Assembly (NCBI RefSeq): GCF_001194135.2
Contig: NC_068985.1
Span: 102,137,499-102,195,970 of the forward strand
Reading direction: 5' to 3'
Length of the DNA stretch: 58,472 nucleotides
From: Octopus bimaculoides
Taxonomy: Eukaryota
Shown here piece by piece: positions 52,485 through 58,472 of the stretch (position 1 is its first letter; every line of letters starts with the position of its first letter). Position numbers and translations under genes: made by a program. The notes under the pieces were generated by a model, which worked only from the letters and a program-made list of their open reading frames with translations, was not told the origin of the DNA and searched no databases.

Positions 52485-53224
52485 ATAAATAGATAGTTAG
52501 AGAGAGGGAGATGCACAAACAGTGGTTCGATTTGAAGACAATGGTTGCCTTCATGACTTTCTATTAGATACATTTTTCTACAAGAGAAAAACCGAAAGAA
52601 AAGCGCAGTGATTATGGTGTAGGGTTTGCATTTTATTCTGAAAAAAACTTGCATTTATGGACTTCTTATCCTTGTGAACAAACCATACACGGTCACTGTG
52701 CGTCCGAGCTAATTGATAAGTACTCGTGCTTCTATTGCAACCAGTTCTTATGAAAGGACATAGCGTATGCACATCAAATGGTATTTAAGACAAAGCTAAT
52801 ATGCTAGAGGTCTTGAATATCAGTGTTGGAATTAATTGGAATGTGTAGGATTATTTTTGGCCAACATTTGATATCGTAAATTTGAAAAGCAACGATCTCA
52901 CGCTGTTATAATTTTACGAAGCATATCGTCTCTTGCTTGCCAGGTTGTAGTAATGCCACAGAGATGGTCTTGCAAACAACATGGAATCATCCAGTGTAAA
53001 ATATTTTGAATAAATTATGGTTAATCATAAACTAGATATTCATTCTATCGGACCTAGTTTCCCTTCAGTATTTAACGTTTTATAGACCACTGTATATCAG
53101 TGATATGTATGTAGATAATTGACACTTAGTTATATATACTGTTGAAGATTTACAAACTTTCAACAATCGTATTCCTGTATATAATATATGCTATATACAT
53201 ACATATATATTTCCATGTGTATGG

Positions 53225-53498
53225 TGGTCAGTTCTGCAATTTCTTGCTGGACAACCTGCGCAGATATTTGCTTACGGTACTCAAATGTCCGTGCTACGCA
53301 TTAGCATACGCCCCATAACAAATCAACTTTAACTTACCGTGTACATAGTGTGCCACATGTCAGATTTCCAACTCTTCACAGAATCACGTGAGATGAAGTG
53401 TCTTGCTTAAAAACAAACCACGCCACCCGGCCCTGGATTCGAAATACGATCTTGCAATCGTGAACGCAGCGCCCTGACGACCAGACCATATGCCGCCA
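53225..53498 (-). mobile_element. Family-C SINE
   Basis: gtgagatgaagtgtcttgctt...ccctggattcgaaatacgatcttgcaatcgtgaacgcagcgccctgacgaccagaccatatgccgcc is a reverse tRNA-like head. Confidence 0.8.
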
Positions 53499-53699
53499 TT
53501 TGTATATACATCTATACTGAGTGATGCGTATATGGCACCTACAAATTATAATTTCTGGTATATGTACATATTAATATATGTAAATGCAAACACACACACA
53601 CATACACGCATATACATACATACATACATACATATATACATACAAACACATATACATACACACAAGCATACTTACATATTTATACATGCCTACATAGAG

Positions 53700-54321
53700 G
53701 ACAAAGAGATGAGAGCCCACAGGATGGTGAAAGCCATAACCTCTCTTATTAAAAAGGAGTACTGATGGAATGTCCTAGTGAAAACTTCAATAAAATGTAT
53801 ACATAATAAAACTGACATATTGATACAGAGAAGAGTAACTGTGTACAGTTTTGGAAATCAGCTGCCCAGTGGATCTTAGCATAAAGCTAAAGATCAGCGA
53901 AAAAGAAAACACCTACGCTGAACTATTGAAACATTTGCAGTTACTCTATCTAGATTACAAGTTCAGGTTTATACCTGTAATTATTGGAGAACTGCCACAA
54001 TGCTTAGATGCCACTCTTGAGAAATCATGCTTCTCAGAACCAGAAAGGAGAAAGCTGATTCAAAGACTACAGACCCAAGCCATCACAGGAAATGTAAAAA
54101 TTTGTAAAACTTCCCAGAAGTTTATCATTTAAGTATATATGAGCATATCTAGATATGTGACTATATGCATGAGAATACATACATAAAGCAAAACATACGA
54201 ATCTGCACATATACACAGAAACATAAGCTGTCGATGCTGAAATTGCAATGAAGGAATCTTGAATCTAGATAAGAAACCAGCTCTTTCTCTATTAGTAAGA
54301 AATCTCGAGAAAAAAAAAAAA
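53700..54321 (+). mobile_element. 3' end of a restriction-like-endonuclease non-LTR retrotransposon (R4/NeSL/HERO type), 5'-truncated
   Basis: KEY*WNVLVKTSIKCIHNKTDI (PD-like motif, 53805-53816), then EISCPVDLSIKLKISEKENTYAELL...FIPVIIG...KICKTSQKFII*, a ~180-nt 3'UTR and a poly(A) run at ~54309-54321. Confidence 0.85.
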
Positions 54322-55440
54322 CCCCAAAAAAGCTGAATAATGACACACATGCATACAGACAAGCAGACAGGCAAACGGACGGATTTTTTCCATAAAGCGT
54401 CAAGCTAATGTCCTATTTGTTAAAACTTTATCGCCATCTTCCTTATTTGCAGAAGCAATAACGTTTTATAAATATAATATATTTTTCGACATCAAGTGTC
54501 TAGGTGTGTACAGTGTTTATTGCATCGCTGTCTCTGCGACTACCTTCATAGCCAAGATTTCTTACTGAGGTCATAATTAAACCTAAACAAACCCGGATAT
54601 GTTTCATATACTTGCGGAAGTAATTAAGACAATATTCGCCAATATCAAATATCATTCATTGTTAAATTCTTTCAATCATAAATATGAAATATAAACTCAA
54701 TTTTCTGAATACAGTAAATTCGATAAATTGAAACATTCTTAGAGACAAATGAATATTCAATATTAAATACGTTACCACATTTTTCAATTATTTCTTTAAA
54801 GAATTAGGTTTTCCAAATCTAACGTTGACTTCCAATTTTCCCCGATACAAAGGAAAACAATTTTCCAATCCACTTAGTTGCGGATTCCCAGTTTAACATT
54901 ATGGCCTATGTACACATTACATATCTGCCAGTCTGGCTTCAGCGTTATAAAATGAAGGCGTACTTCTGTTTAGATTTTATTGAATAGGTTGACACAGGTG
55001 CATCTGTGTCAGGTGAAATCATTTTGCTTAACAATACAGCATTCATAGAACATAAACAATGATACTGGCGATGTTACTGAAAATGGTGATAAGTTTCGGA
55101 TATTTATGTACTATTTTGTATAAGAATTCATTTCATAATATGGCAAGATGAGTGTCTGTCTATTTGTGAAACTATGGATTTTGTTTTAAATGTTAATTAA
55201 TGTCACTGCTTCGGATCTCATTATTAATTTTACGCACATATACTTGTGAATACATACGCAACCGACGATAGCGTCTCTAATACTTAAACTCGACCTGCCA
55301 TAAAAAGACTGCCAGACTTTGTCAAACTAAATCTATCTGTCTTAGAAGAAGAGTCACGTGGGTTAATTTATTCGTATATACCCCATGTTTTTGTGTTAAA
55401 TTGGAGATTAGGACTCTAATATCTTGTGTGAGAAAGTTAC

Positions 55441-55461
55441 CCTCCCATAGTTAATTTGTAG
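55441..55461 (-). CDS. Candidate 21-nt frame-preserving microexon (LQINYGR, or YKLTMG in phase 2)
   Basis: gccgatgtttttcag|CTACAAATTAACTATGGGAGG|gtaact. Confidence 0.2.
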
Positions 55462-55686
55462 CTGAAAAACATCGGCAACGTCTTTGAAAACTTACTCCTA
55501 ATAGGAAAATGAAATGTTATTTGCTAAGTCATCATATTAAATGTCTAATAGTCATGGTTGAAAGAAAAAATTTCTCATACAAATTGTAAATTACAAGACA
55601 AAAGTGACTTAACGGTAAGACGCCTTAGTGGCTGTAATTTTGTCAGGTTGATAAATCACCAGAGTCTAAATTGTTCTAGACCACAC

Positions 55687-56010
55687 CTTTGCCACGCTTC
55701 CTTAGCCGTTGAATCCACTTCTATGGCTTCAATCTAAAAATGTATTCCCATTACATTCATCTCACATTGGCCGTAAATGATTGTGAAACAAAAGAAGTTG
55801 AGAGTAAATTTCTCTTTGGAAATCAGCTTTTTCAGTATTGTCGTTGTAAACATACAAATACAGTCATCTTTAAGAGGGTATGAATTCACATTTGATATCG
55901 ATTTTAAAATAAGATTATATGCATTATATGAAGAGAATAAAGAGTCACCAAAGTAAAGCGGTCCTGTTGTGTCTGTAACTATAATGGTTCTGTAAACTAA
56001 ACTGATTATA
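55687..56010 (-). CDS. Candidate exon or pseudo-exon with a CUB-like Cys/hydrophobic pattern and one in-frame TAG
   Basis: Strong acceptor ctttcgctctctcttttccttttgtag|. About 91 open codons (IISLVYRTIIVTDTTGPLYFGDSLFSSYNAYNLILKSISNVNSYPLKDDCICMFTTTILKKLISKEKFTLNFFCFTIIYGQCEMNVMGIHF), TAG at 55734-55736, then IEAIEVDSTAKEAWQR and aag|gtgtgg. An alternative donor t|gtatgt lies at 55855. Confidence 0.35.
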
Positions 56011-56793
56011 CTACAAAAGGAAAAGAGAGAGCGAAAGAATCAAAAACAAAATTGTACCGATTGTTGAAGCTCCGATAGAATTGCACTCCTTTCAGATGCA
56101 GCTGCTAACTGTTAGATTAAAATTATTTCTCTCTATTGTGTGACTTGTAGCATTCTATGCAGGAGATCAGTAAATTTAATTACTAAGTCACTGAAATCAA
56201 TGGTGGAAGAAACCATGCTATTTCACTTTAAAACATGTTTTGACCATCGTTGAGAAATAGTCATATGAGACAGACTTTCATATATAGGATATCGATGGGA
56301 ATTTATTGACGACAGAGCTAAATTTAAAGATAGTATTATCATCTGATTTACTTGAAACGATATAATGAAATTCTACAGAATTATTAAAGAATTCTTGCAT
56401 CATAACTGTAACAAATTGATTTGTTTCTATCTATATGTGGTTCTACGTATATAAGATGTTGGATAATACTTTGAAGGAAAAAAAGATTAGTTCATCCAGA
56501 GTTTCAATTATCATAAACATTAATGACAATAAGCTTCACGGCAACGGCATTCACACGGTACTGCATTATTTTATCGCAATCTATGATGTAATTTTAATAA
56601 CACTATTTTTCTTATTAAAATACTTAATAAAAGTGTAGACAATTCCGACGAGGTATCACCGCACCTTAAAAAAACTTTCATTTTATATATTTATATGTAG
56701 TGTTTATAGGATTATTCGGTGGCATCCGTAAGATAAATTGATTGCTAAAATATTGTAACATTTCGTTGAGAAAAAGCAAAACTAATAACCAAG

Positions 56794-57039
56794 TGTTAGA
56801 ACTCAATATACAAAGGCATCAGAACAGAGCGCTGTCGAGTACAGAGAAGAACATGAAACTGAATAAATGACAATGTGTTGTGTCGACGCACCCAAGCGAA
56901 GAAGTTGGATCACCCAAGACATAAATAGAGGTAGTGTGACCGTGGTAGAGAGTTGAGTAGCTGATGAGGAGCAGTCGTGTAGCGGTTGAGTAGAGATCAT
57001 CCGAAGGTGCTAGATAGCAGTAGCTTGAGACATAAGACA
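56794..57039. mobile_element. Putative solo-LTR-like element, 246 bp (TGTTAG...AAGACA)
   Basis: TG...CA ends. Shares tgtcgacgc...cccaagaca...aaatagaggtagt...agagatcatccgaa...gctagatagcagtagc...tgagacataa with 19068-19313. Confidence 0.55.
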
Positions 57040-57682
57040 ATGGAACAGAACTTTATGCAAATTAGCTTACATATGTTCCTGCAATAAGATGCAATGCACT
57101 TAGACCTGAGTGCTTGTGCATCATATTATAGCTTCCTCGGAACATAAAATATATGTATGGAAATATCATTTGCCTCCGTATGTTACCCGAAACGATAAAT
57201 ACCAATGGCAATAAATTCGAGAATGTTTCAAGGTTTCATGTTAACGTATAAAATGTACGATGCACAGATCTTATGAACATGTTCAGGTTTGTATAGAGAT
57301 TACAATGGTATTGGTTGAGTTATTTTAAACGGTGATTCTACGTAATGCTATTTTATAGCTAAATACATTTTCCAATGAAGAAAAATAAATCTTTTGGTTT
57401 ATTTTGTTCGCTGGAAAGCCTAAACGTCTCAATGCACATCGGTGAATATTTAACAAATTCTGACGATTTTGCCAGACGTACTAAAATACCAAAGGGCAAG
57501 CTAGCATCGAAGTTCTTCAGAATTTGCCGACATCTGAAAGATTTCATGTGTAAATTTGCCAAAATTTTAAAAGTGGGTTTTTTTTTTTCCATCTGCAACT
57601 AAATGTTATTCTACATATCGACTTTATATTTTCCGTCATCATCTATTAACTTTCATTTTCTTCATCTTATTATGCATTACCC

Positions 57683-57686
<4 letters not shown>

Positions 57687-57764
<78 letters not shown>
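57687..57764. repeat. (CT)n microsatellite
   Basis: Direct inspection. Other long CT/GA tracts at 6966-7028, 9212-9272 and 25470-25563. Confidence 0.95.
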
Positions 57765-57767
<3 letters not shown>

Positions 57768-58088
57768 TCACGCTTTAATCTTTGTACGTGATTTTTTTTT
57801 CCAGTCTTTCGTTCTTTGGATGAATAAGCGCGTTACTAATTAGAAGTAAAGAAATCCAGATTTCGAAACGCATGTTAAATATGTGGATATGAAGAATGTG
57901 ATTGACCTTTTCTCGTAATAGTTGCAAAAAGTGTTGCAGCAACGATAAGATTAGTCGATCGCAACAAAATAATTGCTGGAGAAATCAAGCATTGCAGAAA
58001 AGGTGGCGAATATACATAAATATATACATACAAACATACTTAAACACATCATATATATATATACATATATGTATATGTGTGAGTGTAT

Positions 58089-58137
<49 letters not shown>

Positions 58138-58416
58138 TACAATTTTACGCTTGATATTCAAAAACATAATTAAACTTCCCCGGATATTATAAGAAGTCCA
58201 GGGTTGTTTCCTTCACAATATTTGCATATATAATATACACGTAAATATACTGAGAATATTTAGATAATCTATACAAAGTGCTTGGATATACTTACTATCC
58301 ACACACATACACACTCACACAAGCAATTACACATATGTATAAATACATACATTTACATATAGTTATATATACATATAAAACGATATGTAAGTATATGTAT
58401 ATACACACGCGAGTGT

Positions 58417-58472
<56 letters not shown>

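Noticed and set aside
57359-57602. Overlapping antiparallel 75-79-aa ORFs
   Set aside because: No recognisable motif and no phase-compatible strong splice pair linking it to the exon at 56010.

Overview
AT-rich, gap-ridden eukaryotic scaffold. The SINE families and microsatellite load look like a coleoid cephalopod, most likely an Octopus draft assembly; this is inferred from recognition, not a database search. Almost all ORF-track entries are translated microsatellites or run through N gaps. Content I can support: (1) about 25 copies or fragments of at least four tRNA-type SINE families, including tandem, nested and TSD-flanked insertions; (2) three decayed retroelement coding fragments recognisable by translation: a CR1/L2-type RT (~28.9-30.5 kb, minus), a Penelope-like element with YRDD RT, Cys linker and GIY-YIG endonuclease (~50.2-51.55 kb, minus), and the restriction-like-endonuclease 3' end of an R4/NeSL/HERO-type LINE (~53.7-54.3 kb, plus); (3) two Penelope-type terminal fragments carrying minimal hammerhead-ribozyme-like motifs (35.4 and 47.25 kb, minus); (4) two 246-bp TG...CA solo-LTR-like elements; (5) several splice-site-bounded candidate exons, mostly on the minus strand, one with a CUB-like residue pattern. 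I cannot assemble these exons into a named gene. No rRNA, true tRNA or CRISPR array is supported.
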